A DNA stretch of 63,996 bases, the filler included, from Asterionella formosa (lineage: Eukaryota), in NCBI GenBank assembly GCA_002256025.1. It is 26 parts of 26 records of this genome, joined end to end, with 100 filler letters (N's around TTAATTAATTAA, not from the genome) between each part and the next. Parts side by side here need not be neighbours in the genome. Positions count along the whole stretch, not along the records: positions 53,360 to 54,453 come from NKIB01004372.1; positions 54,554 to 55,646 come from NKIB01004373.1; positions 55,747 to 56,839 come from NKIB01004374.1; positions 56,940 to 58,032 come from NKIB01004375.1; positions 58,133 to 59,225 come from NKIB01004376.1; positions 59,326 to 60,418 come from NKIB01004377.1; positions 60,519 to 61,611 come from NKIB01004378.1; positions 61,712 to 62,804 come from NKIB01004379.1; 18 more parts are not named here. One strand, 5' to 3'. Below are positions 53,360 through 63,996 of this stretch, one piece after another; the stretch's first letter is position 1; each line of letters starts with the position of its first letter. The position numbers and the translations under genes are program-made. A model generated the notes under the pieces. It had not been told where the DNA came from, searched no databases, and worked only from the letters and a program-made list of their open reading frames with translations.

Positions 53360-54362
53360 TTTTTTTTCAGAACACACCATTTTGTCTGAAGAAGACCAAA
53401 TGCCATTTCTATTCTTATCCTTAGCTGTGAAAGGAAAAAGTTAAATGTATCCTGTGTTGGATCATCACGTTGTGAGCCAACAAAGGGAACAAGCATTACA
53501 TCAGACAATGTGTAAGCTGCATCGCCGACCAGATAAAAACCTGTGTTGAATGCTGCAACTCGATCGAAAATGGAAGTTTGTTCAAAAGCTACTTGGTCAC
53601 TGCATTTTCCCGGTGCAATTACACCAAAATAAATAAATCTTGAGTCAGCATCACAAACAGCCTGGACATTGATTCCATAAGTCATGTAGTGACCGGAAAA
53701 AATGAACCAGGGTTGTTGCCACTTTCAACTATAGTCGGGCGGTTGATGGTGGCTAGGAAGCCGTCAATAGCACCAACACATCCTCTCATCATGCCCTCTG
53801 AGCTTTTGCATTCAAAGCTGGAAGCCAATTTGATAAATTCTTCTTTTTCTTTTGGAAAAACAATTTCGAGTTCTCCACAGTTTAGTACAGCATCAATGAA
53901 CAAATCACGACATCGATAAAGTGAAGCAATGCTACAACCGTAGGCATGACGAATGTCGATGTAACTGCCACCAGCCAGCCATCGCAAACCAATGGCTACC
54001 ACAATTTCGGGAATTATGGGCTCAGAAGTGCCACATTTGGAATAATTCCCTGCAATCTGAATTTCCAGCATGGAGGTGAGTTTTTTGAATGCTCTGTGTG
54101 ACATTCTGTATGTCTTCTCGAAAGCAATCTTGTGATTGTGTTTCTCGACATGTGATTGCCAGGAGATTCTTTCGTGGTGCCACTTGTGCCTTCGTTGTCG
54201 TCGTCGTTCAGATGACTGAAGCTGCCGTTTACAGCGTCGCCTTTGTCGTTTGGATGAGTGTTCTTTTTCCTCTGCTTCCTTAGCTAAATGACAGAGGAAG
54301 AAGAAATCAAGATCACTACTGTCATCGTCATTATCATCAAGTAAATCAAATGGCGACGACAT
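53360..54362 (-). mobile_element. PIF/Harbinger transposase, copy 3, frameshifted
   Basis: Same sequence as copies 1 and 2. A6 instead of A7 at 53697-53702 shifts the frame after GSFF. Confidence 0.92.
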
Positions 54363-54553
54363 GATTCATGCAAATGTGTGTTTTTAATATTATATTTAGT
54401 TTCCCGGTAATTATATTTTGTTGTTGCTTGATATCAAGACCATCATTATATTCNNNNNNNNNNNNNNNNNNNNNNNNNNNNNNNNNNNNNNNNNNNNTTA
54501 ATTAATTAANNNNNNNNNNNNNNNNNNNNNNNNNNNNNNNNNNNNNNNNNNNN

Positions 54554-55646
54554 TCGGCCTCCCCAGTCGGCAGGAACGACCAGGTGATCGCCTCGTTCAG
54601 CCCGCGCGCGGCAGCGGCGCGGCGCAGGCGGCGCTCCTGCATCTGGGCTGCGGTCGCGGTCGGCTTGGCCACGCCGTCTGCGCGTGGCAGCGGGGTGGAC
54701 GGCACGGCATCGAGACCGTGGACGCGGATCACTTCCTCGACAATGTCGGGCGCGGCGTCGACGTCCGGTCGCCAGGTCGGCACGGTCACGGTCCAATCGG
54801 CCGAGACTTCGAAACCCAGCGCAGCAAGGATGCGCTTCTGCTCGCTGTCCGCCACGTCGATCCCGCCAAGGTTGCCCGCGAGCGCCGGATCATAGGCCAG
54901 CGTCTTGCGCGCGGTCGGCGAGGTGCCTGCGCGGATGACTTCGCTGGCCTCACCGCCGCAGATTTCGAGGATCAGGCTGGTCAGCAGGTCAAGGCCCGTA
55001 TCGAGGAACGCGGGGTCGACCCCGCGCTCGAACCGGCCGCGCGCGTCGGACGTAAGCGCCAGCGCCTGTCCGGTGCGGGCGATGTTGGCGGGCGTGAAGT
55101 AGGCGACTTCGAGGAGAACGTCGGTGGTTGTCTCCGAACAGCCCGAATGCTCGCCGCCCATGATGCCCGCGATATCGTGGACGCCCGATTCGTCGGCGAT
55201 CACCGTCATCCACGGCTGGAGCGGGTATTCCTTGCCATTGAGCGCGAGGCAGGTCTCGCCCTCGCGCGCGCGGCGGGCGATGACTGCGCCATCGAGCTTC
55301 GCCAGATCATAGGCGTGCGCCGGGCGGCCATAGCCGAGCATGACGTAGTTGGTGATATCGACCAGAGCCGAAATCGGGCGCTGGCCCGCACTCTTCAGGC
55401 GGTCTTGCAGCCACTGCGGGCTGGGGCCGTTCTTCACGCCGCGAATGACGCGGCCGTAGAACGCCGGGCAGCCTTCGGGATCATCGGTGCGCACTTCGAC
55501 CGGGCACGGGAAGCGGCCGGCAACGGGTGCGGCGTCGATGGGCTTCAGCACGCCAAGACCCGCCGCGGCGAGATCGCGCGCGATGCCGTGAACGCCCATG
55601 CAGTCCGGGCGGTTGGGCGTGATCGCCACATCGAACACCGGATCGG
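54554..55646 (-). CDS. pheT: Bacterial phenylalanine-tRNA ligase beta subunit (internal fragment)
   Basis: FDVAITPNRPDCMGVHGIARDLAA, RPISALVDITNY, IAGIMGG, RFERGVDP, VPTWRPDV...DIVEEVIRVHG. Strongly GC-rich; alphaproteobacterial (sphingomonad-like) appearance. Confidence 0.96.
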
Positions 55647-56367
55647 NNNNNNNNNNNNNNNNNNNNNNNNNNNNNNNNNNNNNNNNNNNNTTAATTAATT
55701 AANNNNNNNNNNNNNNNNNNNNNNNNNNNNNNNNNNNNNNNNNNNNAACATGCATTGACTAAGGCAACTAACTGCGAAGAATAGCTAATAGTGGTGTTTA
55801 TCGATGATGGCGTCGTGGTTTGATTTCATGGCATTCTCGTTCTGAAATCTTATATAATCATCATTGTCAGGATTTGTTCGTTTTCACCAACTGCTCCAAG
55901 TATGTACCAGTACCAGAGCAAGTTGTTGTAAATAGGAAATTTAGCATAGTTTTCCTGTAAGTAAAAACCGTCTTTTTCTGCAATGTACCAGGCACTGTAA
56001 TATATACCGGTGTAACCCGTTGCTATTCTTTCCTATAATTTGGATTGCATTGGAGCAGATCATCCCTCCTCACCATCCATCCTCACATCATCAAGGAGAG
56101 CGGCAGAAAAAAATTGGAACCACTGGTACCAGGTGAGCAATCCTGCACATCGATACAGATATATATAGAGTTGGGGTTATGTCAAATATATCGGAATTCA
56201 ATAATGAGAGAACTCGACTAACACCCATTCTATACTTTGATGTCAGTTCAGGAAATGAGTTATACATAAGGATTAATTAATAAGCTCATATATTCAACAA
56301 ATACTACTACTTCTAGTTAGATACTTCACTTTGAATTCAAAAAGAGTCGAATTAGAAGACAACAAAC

Positions 56368-56839
56368 ATGGCAATGTATTCAAGGGTTCCTGTGATTCCT
56401 TTGATCAAAGACTACAATGTATTGACTATCAAAACTAAAACGTTCAGAGTTGCTTTAACCGGTGGAAGGTTTGAATCGTTTGATCAAGATATGATCGATG
56501 GAAGCTCAGTGGAAGCATTGTTAATTGGAGTTAGTCAATTTCGTGATATGGCTAACACATGTGACTTTAGCCCTGCAGATACCTTTTCCTATTTTAAAAG
56601 GTGTTTGACAGACATTGCCTTATCGGATTGGTTGAATGTGGAAGTACACCCAGAAGATCAATCTTACGATAGTTTCGAAGAAGCGATGGCTTTATGGTTA
56701 GACGATCGTTTGCCAAATGAGAGTTTTCAACATCAACGACAATGGATGCTACGTTATTTATCTAAACCCTTTTCCATGTTGGTAATGGATTACGGAGCTC
56801 GTATTAAAACTTTAAACAGGCTACTTCAACTAATGCCTC
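56368..56839 (+). CDS. Gag-like ORF of a retroelement (partial)
   Basis: FKRCLTDIALSDW...QRQWMLRYLSKPFSM...ARIKTLNRLL resembles LTR gag capsid helices. A degraded second copy lies at 17100-17620. Confidence 0.5.
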
Positions 56840-57959
56840 NNNNNNNNNNNNNNNNNNNNNNNNNNNNNNNNNNNNNNNNNNNNTTAATTAATTAANNNNN
56901 NNNNNNNNNNNNNNNNNNNNNNNNNNNNNNNNNNNNNNNCAAAAGAAATCGAATCATCCTTGAGCATCATACCTGGTACCAGGTACCGGTAAGTTGAATC
57001 TGAGCACATCAGGTACCAGGTACCAGGACCACTCACTGGTTACCAGGCAATAGGGTACCAGGTACCGGTACCAGAAGGGACCGGGTCTTCCTACGTAGTA
57101 ACCAAGTACCAAGTACCTAAACTATGCACATTCACCTGGAAGATACCAGCACTGGTACCCTGGTGGAGTACCAGGTACCTGGTACCAGGTACCATTGATG
57201 ATGAAGAGGGATGGATATTCTTATAAATTATCATATTTCATACTTGCTACCAGGTACCCTGGTACCTGGTACCTGGTAGTATTCTAACATTATTTACCGG
57301 CATGTAGGATGCATCCTGCCAAATGGTTGGTACCTGGTAGCTGGTACTACCAGGTGCGTAGCAATCGCTCTTCTAGGTAAAATGGCCGATTCATATCTAC
57401 TGGCTTACAGCTGCACTGCTCTGTCATTAGTACGAAGATAGTTGAACTGCTGCTTGGCGCTATGTACACCAGGTACCCGGAGCAGCTGGAAGGTCCGGTA
57501 AAACACGGTTATTAAGCTAAATATCTCGACAAGCGGACCTTCATGGCACTGAGAGTCGTACTACCAGGTACCAGTATGTAGGCGCTGTAGAGCAGACCAA
57601 AAGGCCTGAGTGACGACAAGCACAATCTGTATGTAGTACAAGCTGACAATTAGTCGTGTGCAACATCTCAATCCTGCAAGGAGCAAAGCGGTTGTGATGG
57701 ATGAAGAATGGCAAGCCAAGAGGCAGGAGGGTATTACATACACAAAGTCTCCTCAGATGCCATAGTTATCTCATTGTCTTAAGTACTAGACAAGGTGAGT
57801 AGTAGCTAGCATATCAATAGTGGATAGAATAAAGTCAATTGAGTGAAAATCCATATGATTGAAGAGTAGGTAGGAAGGACGGAAGGAAAGTACAAATAAT
57901 ACAGATTTGTTAAAATTTATAATGTAAATACCATTGCATGTATTAATTGATCTTTTCAC

Positions 57960-57964
57960 TTGTT

Positions 57965-58032
<68 letters not shown>
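57960..58032. repeat. (TTG)n microsatellite
   Basis: More than 20 TTG units running to the contig end. Confidence 0.97.
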
Positions 58033-58132
58033 NNNNNNNNNNNNNNNNNNNNNNNNNNNNNNNNNNNNNNNNNNNNTTAATTAATTAANNNNNNNNNNNN
58101 NNNNNNNNNNNNNNNNNNNNNNNNNNNNNNNN

Positions 58133-59225
58133 GGGTGGGGGGGGTGGGGGGGGGGGGGGGGGGGTGGGGTGGGGGGGGGGGGGGGGGGGGGCGGGGGGGG
58201 GGGTGGAGGCGGTGGTGGTGGAGGCGGATACAGAGAGTTGGGCTTTTACGTTACCAATCCTGAATGCACTTGGGAAAGTTGTGGATGCTCAAACTCTCCT
58301 GTCTACAGCTCTCCAATTATGCCTCGTCCTACTCCTAATAATCCAGTTGAAGCGCCATACACAGCACCTACTGTCCCTAAACCGAAGCCAACGGTGCCTC
58401 GTCCTACCATGCCAATTCCTACCCCAACGGAACCTACACCAGTGACGGCACCATATGAATCGCCATACACATCTCCAGTAACATCGCCTACTGCACCTCA
58501 ACCAAAGCCGACTTTGCCACGTCCTACTCCACAACAACCAGTTGAGGCTCCATATACATCACCTGCGGCCCCTGGACCTAAACCAACTATACCTCGTCCA
58601 ACGCCTCAGCAACCAATAGAGGCACCCATAGAGGCACCATATGAAGCACCCAGTGCCCCTCAAGCGACGCCAACTATGCCTCGCCCAACCCCTACAATGC
58701 CTTTTCCTAACCCCACAAAACCTACCCCTTCTATGCCTGTTCCAATTCCAATGATGCCTGTTCCAACTCCGACTATGCCTTTTCCTAATCCAACATTGCC
58801 TCGGCCAACCCCTACTATGCCATTTCCTACCCCAACTGAGCCCACACCTACTATCCCTCGTCCAAACCCTGAAGGACCAGCTGCAGCTCCAATACCAATG
58901 CCTTCTCCTACTACTATCCCAAAGCCCAGCGCACCAATCCCAACGCCGATCCAACCGCCGTCGACAGATAAAACAAACTCCCCGACATTTCCAACACTTA
59001 CTCCCCAACCAATCAAACAACCCTTCCCGGCTCCCATTCCCACTCCAATTCAAGCACCTCTTCCACAACCCATTACTGCACCTGTCCCATCAATGAATAA
59101 GACACCGGCACCAGCACCAGCAGTTCCGTCAGCTCCTGTCCCATCGGCACCAGTTCCAACGGCGCCAGCAGTTCCATCAGCTCCTGTTCCAACAGCGCCA
59201 GCAGTTCCATCAGCACCAGTTCCAT
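58133..59225 (+). CDS. Pro/Thr-rich repetitive protein fragment, likely extracellular
   Basis: Open frame with Gly run, CTWESCGC, then PVEAPY, PT(M/L)PRPTP and APAVPSAPVP repeats. Both ends are missing. Confidence 0.7.
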
Positions 59226-60518
59226 NNNNNNNNNNNNNNNNNNNNNNNNNNNNNNNNNNNNNNNNNNNNTTAATTAATTAANNNNNNNNNNNNNNNNNNN
59301 NNNNNNNNNNNNNNNNNNNNNNNNNGACTGGTAATAGAATACTAGTACTTACTGGTAAACAAACAACTTTGAAATCTCATCACCATATCTTACTTCCATG
59401 ATAATTCCCATGTCATGCACAATTCATCCTTTGTGCAGACAAGTTGATACAAACAATCAAATAAAGGCTAAAAAATAACTTGTTTCGCATCTTTTGCTTT
59501 AAAAAACTTGTTGTTATGGATGATGATGCTAGCATGTGAATATTTAAATCCTAATTGATATGGTACCATTAATTATTGGTTGTTTTCATCGCTTCGGGGG
59601 CTGGAAAAGGAGAACGATTTTGAGTTTGGAGAGAATAAAGCCATGTAAGCAAGACTTGCTTTCGTTGCTTTCTTTCTTTGCTTACTTTGCTTACTTTTGC
59701 TATGGGTCGCCCCTCTATTGCCCCAGTCATTGTCATTTTCTTTTTCAGACATTTGCCTCGTTAGGACATTTCCGTGTGTTTTTAGACGAAATAATTCTTT
59801 ACGTCACTAAGAGCATCGCCACCGCATCGACCAAATACCAAAGCCAATTGCAGTTGAAAATATCAATACACGTCACTTGGTTGAGAATTTTTTTATCAAT
59901 AGTCGAATTTTTCATATTTTTTCCCACCGCATCGACCAAATCCTAGAATAGTCAAATCTCGCGCCGAAACTTTTAGCGAATAGAAATAGCACTAGAATTT
60001 TATTACATGTGTATCGTTATTTTAATAAACCCGATTACTACCAATAAGAAAATGATGGGACGCACTGCGAAGTTTGTGGTAGCATACCAGGGTACTCATC
60101 CATATGTATCTGCCTGATGAAATCAGCAAAGATAGCGACTCATCAGATGACGACCGCTCCTACACTTCCGTACATACCAGTTAAACATATACAGGAAGAA
60201 AACGAGAAAGGCAACCGAAGGAGGATCAAAGGAAGTCGCTTAGCTACCGGTAGTCTGTACCTGTAGTTTTTTGAATAATTGTAGCACCACGTTTCCTGCA
60301 AATTCCTTATTCTTACGCAGCTAGTACTACGCCTATCTAAACTGCCCATCAAAAACCAATATGACTATGCATTTGTATATTGGTATTCTAGAATAGAAAA
60401 ACCTTCCGTTTTTCCAATNNNNNNNNNNNNNNNNNNNNNNNNNNNNNNNNNNNNNNNNNNNNTTAATTAATTAANNNNNNNNNNNNNNNNNNNNNNNNNN
60501 NNNNNNNNNNNNNNNNNN

Positions 60519-61611
60519 CACCTTCAAGTTTCACTGGAAAATCATCAATCATTAATTTCACATATTTGGTCATGTCCACCCTCAACACTCCTGGAAGAGA
60601 GTAATCTAGTGTCATTGCTAAATAATCATGCTTCTTTCCACACATGACCTTGACTTCTCCAATTTCGTCAGAAGCGTATTTCGTTTTGAGACATTCCAAA
60701 AATTGAGCATTCACTTTGCTGTTCACGTGACTTGATTTCAAATTGTCTACGTGCAAAGTAACTGTGTGCTGATTGCCATTAACAATGCGATTTGCAACGC
60801 ATGGATCATATGGATTGACCTTGATTCCAATTGACTCAGCCAATATCCTTCCGAAATTTCTTGTAATATAACAATGATGATTGTAACATGCCATATAATG
60901 CCTTGATCATCCTAACATATAGGACCTTGTTGTTTCCTTCATAAACAACATATTTTTCATAAGTCTCGGGGCTGGGTTCTGTCAACATATAGACAAGTAA
61001 ACCTCTAATCTTCATAATAATTCGTTCCCCTTTATCTTTCTCATCGATATCCACTTGTACAAATGCATTGGGTATATCTGCTGTCATAACATCGCGATTT
61101 TGCTTTGCATCAATTGTTGCTGTTATCATAACAGATTCAGTCATGGTAGTTGGACTAGCTGCTTCATCTCTTTCCATGTATTCACGTTGCGAACTGCCAT
61201 TGGCAAAAGCTCTGCCTTTAATGCTCTTGTCTCTCTTTTCAACCAAAAAATTAGACTTTCCATTCTGCGTCGCTTTTCGATCTCTGTTAGGTCTTCAATC
61301 CTGATTGGTTCAAATACAGCTCTATCATGTAGTTGTTTCTTTTCTTTATATGCAGCGTCTCTTCCTTTCTGGCCAAATTTCTTGAGGCCTTTTCTTAAGC
61401 TGTATGACTGAACAAAGTGAAATGCTTCTTTATCGATAGACATCTCATTCATATAACACATTGTCATTGCGATCACTTTTGCATTGTCATTTGTATATTC
61501 TTCTTGACAGTGTGCTTGGGTATGCAAATGATGTTGGACCATAGTTAGTTTTGATGGTGGTCTTGAGACTCTTCCAGACCTTGTAGTTCTAACATTTGGG
61601 TCTGAGTCATC
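60519..61611 (-). mobile_element. Ty1/copia reverse transcriptase fragment, frameshifted
   Basis: KGRAFANGSSQR, TADIPNAFVQ, KALYGMLQSSLLYY, NPYDPCVAN and LHVDNL in three frames. Confidence 0.9.
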
Positions 61612-61929
61612 NNNNNNNNNNNNNNNNNNNNNNNNNNNNNNNNNNNNNNNNNNNNTTAATTAATTAANNNNNNNNNNNNNNNNNNNNNNNNNNNNNNNNN
61701 NNNNNNNNNNNTTGACATTGCAGCAAACCCTTTCAATTCAGGAGCATTCGGATGAAATCCAAAAGAACTCTGCAATACAGTTGAATGGTGAGTGTGTTCT
61801 TGTTGTGTACCTAAATGCTAGTATGGCTTGTCAGCTCACGCATTGTTGTTGACAACAGGCAGGGACAATGAGGTTCGGAATGAACGTTGTTCTGGTAAGA
61901 TTACTGCGCTATTTTGACGGCTATATGAG

Positions 61930-62804
61930 CAACGCTACCTGGGAATCTGTGCCAAGAACTGCAAACCTCAATGTATTAAAAGGAACATGGGTATTCAAAC
62001 TGAAATGGCTCCCAGGTGGCACACCTTATTGCTTCCAAGCACGCGTTTGTGCACAAAGAGATCTCCAAAAGGAGGGCATTGTCTTCTTCGAGACCTATGC
62101 ACCTGTTTTACTTTCGTCTACCATTCGCTTGCTATTGTTAACTGTTCTCACTGAGGGCTGGTCAACCCGTCAAGTCAACTACACCAACGCATTTGCTCAA
62201 GCCAATCTCAAAGAATAAGTGTATCTGGAATACCCTCGCATTTTGGACCCAAGTCCGGCACCAATAAAGTGTTGCGACTGCTAAAAAGTCTATATGGACT
62301 TCGTCAAGCTCCTTGCACCTTCTTTGAGAAACTTCGGGAGGGACTTTTGGAACATGGGTACACTCAATCTCAAATTGATCCATGCTTGTTCATGAAACAA
62401 GGAATTATTTGTGTCTGCTATATCGATGACACCATATTTGCTGGAGCGGACTCACTTGTTCTTGAAGCAAAAATCCAAAGCCTTGGCGTCCATGAAAAGG
62501 AACAGCGTCACACTTTTGCACTTAGAAATGAAGGAGAAGTTGGTGCCTTTCTTGGAATTCAAATATAAAAAACTTGACTGCAGGAATATAATCTCACTCA
62601 AACCGGACTAATTGACACAAAGTCCTTGCAGCAACTGGCATGTCTGATTGTAATGGAGTGGATACACCATTGACTAATACTCCCTCAGAAAATGATTTCG
62701 ATGGAGATCCGTTCACTGAAACCTGGCAATACAATTCAATCATTGGCATGCTGATGTACCTGACTGCAAATACCCGCCCAGATATTGCTTATGCCATTCA
62801 TCAA
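61930..62804 (+). mobile_element. Ty1/copia reverse transcriptase fragment with stops and frameshifts
   Basis: GTWVFKLK, ETYAPV, KSLYGLRQAP, DPCLF, YIDD, YNSIIGMLMYL..NTRPDIAYA. Confidence 0.92.
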
Positions 62805-62918
62805 NNNNNNNNNNNNNNNNNNNNNNNNNNNNNNNNNNNNNNNNNNNNTTAATTAATTAANNNNNNNNNNNNNNNNNNNNNNNNNNNNNNNNNNNNNNNN
62901 NNNNTCATTGAATACGCA

Positions 62919-63996
62919 TCATCGCCGCCAAGGGCGTAAAGTTTCGTCATCGTCCTCCGATGCGGCCTCAACAGCGGTTTCTTCACCCTGACTTGAGGGC
63001 AGCCTTACGTCAAACTCGAGCTGATCGTAATGCGCTAACGGTTCATCCTGATCTGTTGATATTTCACGCCTTTTCAGGGCTCGATCTCTGAATCTGAATC
63101 CAAGCGCATTATCAATTCGCCCACACATTTGATCAATGAGCTCTGCGAATCGCTCTGCCGCACCAACTGCGTCGACAGAGATTTCAACTGCTCGCTCAAC
63201 TCGAACACGAGCGCTTCGTGTTGCTCGCTCAGCTGCTGCAAGCGCTGCAGCAACATGGTCTCCAACTGCGTCACCTCTCACCTCCTCGGCTGGTTGCGAC
63301 CGAACATCTGCTCGCGCACTCGTTGCTCGTTCAGCAGCAGCGCTTTCTCGCGCTCCTGCAGGTGTTCTTGGCGTTGATCCAAGGCCTCGCTCCTGCTGAT
63401 GTAAATCGACGCCAGCACCCAGGCCCCGCCCAGCGACAGGCACAGCAGGAACAGGCTGATCAGCACTGGCAACCAGATCAACTTCGACGCCGTGCGTCCG
63501 AGCTTTGCTCGCTCGGCCTCTAGGAGCTTGATCGCGCTCGACGTAGCGCTTTGAATTGAATTCAGCCCGGCGGCTGACGTGTCGCTCAAGCTCTTCGCGT
63601 GCGCGACCTGCTGCTTCGATGTCTGGCGCTGCGCGTCTTCCAGAGCCCTGCGATGCGCCGCCAACATCTCGCTGCGCAGTCTCTCCAACTCCTCGCTGTC
63701 GCTCTGCTGCAGTTGCTGCAGCTTGGCGCCAAGCGCCGCCATCGAACCCGTCGCCATAGATGCTCCCTTTCAACCGAATTGGTTTGTCCGCGCCTTCGAG
63801 GCGCACGCTGATGTAGTCCCTACCGTGGCGCGAGATCTCGCCCAGCTCCGAAAGCTTGGCCAACACATCCGCCCGGCTGTTGACCCCGCCTGCGATAACT
63901 TGGTTGGCAAGCCAGTCGGTCACCGCCTGGCGCAGGTCATCCACCGCCTCAAGCCACTGCCGCAGCCGGCCCGGGCTCATAGAACGGACGTCCTCT
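62919..63996 (-). CDS. mobA: ColE1/MOB-HEN-type plasmid relaxase, C-terminal part
   Basis: SRADVLAKL...EISRHGRDYISV...PIRLKGSIY is the conserved MbeA-family motif. GC-rich; the 5' part lies beyond the window. Confidence 0.8.
   Translation of the reverse strand, partial: EDVRSMSPGRLRQWLEAVDDLRQAVTDWLANQVIAGGVNSRADVLAKLSELGEISRHGRDYISVRLEGADKPIRLKGSIYGDGFDGGAWRQAAATAAERQRGVGETAQRDVGGASQGSGRRAAPDIEAAGRAREELERHVSRRAEFNSKRYVERDQAPRGRASKARTHGVEVDLVASADQPVPAVPVAGRGLGAGVDLHQQERGLGSTPRTPAGARESAAAERATSARADVRSQPAEEVRGDAVGDHVAAALAAAERATRSARVRVERAVEISVDAVGAAERFAELIDQMCGRIDNALGFRFRDRALKRREISTDQDEPLAHYDQLEFDVRLPSSQGEETAVEAASEDDDETLRPWRR
63074..63274 (-). CDS. mobD: MobD/MbeD-like protein nested in the relaxase gene
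   Basis: MTQLETMLLQRLQQLSEQH resembles the MbeD start MTELE..LL.AL.QLQQ. GTG start with a GGAGG RBS right after the mobB stop. Confidence 0.7.
   Translation of the reverse strand: MTQLETMLLQRLQQLSEQHEALVFELSEQLKSLSTQLVRQSDSQSSLIKCVGELIMRLDSDSEIEP
63278..63757 (-). CDS. mobB: MobB/MbeB-like protein nested in the relaxase gene
   Basis: ATG lies inside the RLKGSIY codons with a GGGAG RBS, the position used by mbeB in ColE1-type plasmids. Coiled coil plus one TM helix. Confidence 0.75.
   Translation of the reverse strand: MATGSMAALGAKLQQLQQSDSEELERLRSEMLAAHRRALEDAQRQTSKQQVAHAKSLSDTSAAGLNSIQSATSSAIKLLEAERAKLGRTASKLIWLPVLISLFLLCLSLGGAWVLASIYISRSEALDQRQEHLQEREKALLLNEQRVREQMFGRNQPRR

Noticed and set aside
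54718..55698. 326-aa plus-strand ORF
   Set aside because: Antisense shadow of GC-rich pheT.
1097..62904. Regularly spaced TTAATTAATTAA as a biological repeat or array
   Set aside because: It is always centred in N runs of fixed length, so it is a contig-concatenation linker.
54554..63996. pheT and mob region as horizontal transfers into the alga
   Set aside because: Each fills its own contig with no host flank, so contamination is the simpler explanation.

Overview
This window is not one locus. It is 26 separate contigs joined by 100-nt artificial spacers (N44-TTAATTAATTAA-N44): two long contigs (2393-20015 and 23704-41315) and 24 short ones of about 1.1 kb. Adjacency across spacers carries no meaning. 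Most of the DNA is an AT-rich eukaryotic nuclear genome, most likely a diatom or other photosynthetic stramenopile, judged from short GT-AG introns, bipartite plastid-targeting leaders, a PGRL1 homologue and TTAGGG repeats. Intact host genes: a plastid thioredoxin, a CMAS/coclaurine N-methyltransferase-like enzyme, a thylakoid-lumen FKBP, a SERF/4F5 protein, two head-to-head V-ATPase c subunits with unusual acidic loop insertions, eIF3m, a sulfotransferase-like membrane protein and a Pro/Thr-rich protein. Transposon load is heavy: a TIR-bounded degraded Kolobok element (KolX plus transposase), an inverted pair of Plavaka/CMC-like transposase relics, three near-identical PIF/Harbinger transposases, several Ty1/copia fragments, gag-like ORFs and a non-LTR RNase H relic. 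Three host-type genes are damaged and lie in or beside one repeat-rich context: a bacterial-type UDP-galactopyranose mutase, a bromodomain-ET gene and PGRL1. Two GC-rich contigs are bacterial (pheT; a ColE1-type mobA/mobB/mobD region). Protein identities come from motif recognition by eye, not from database searches.
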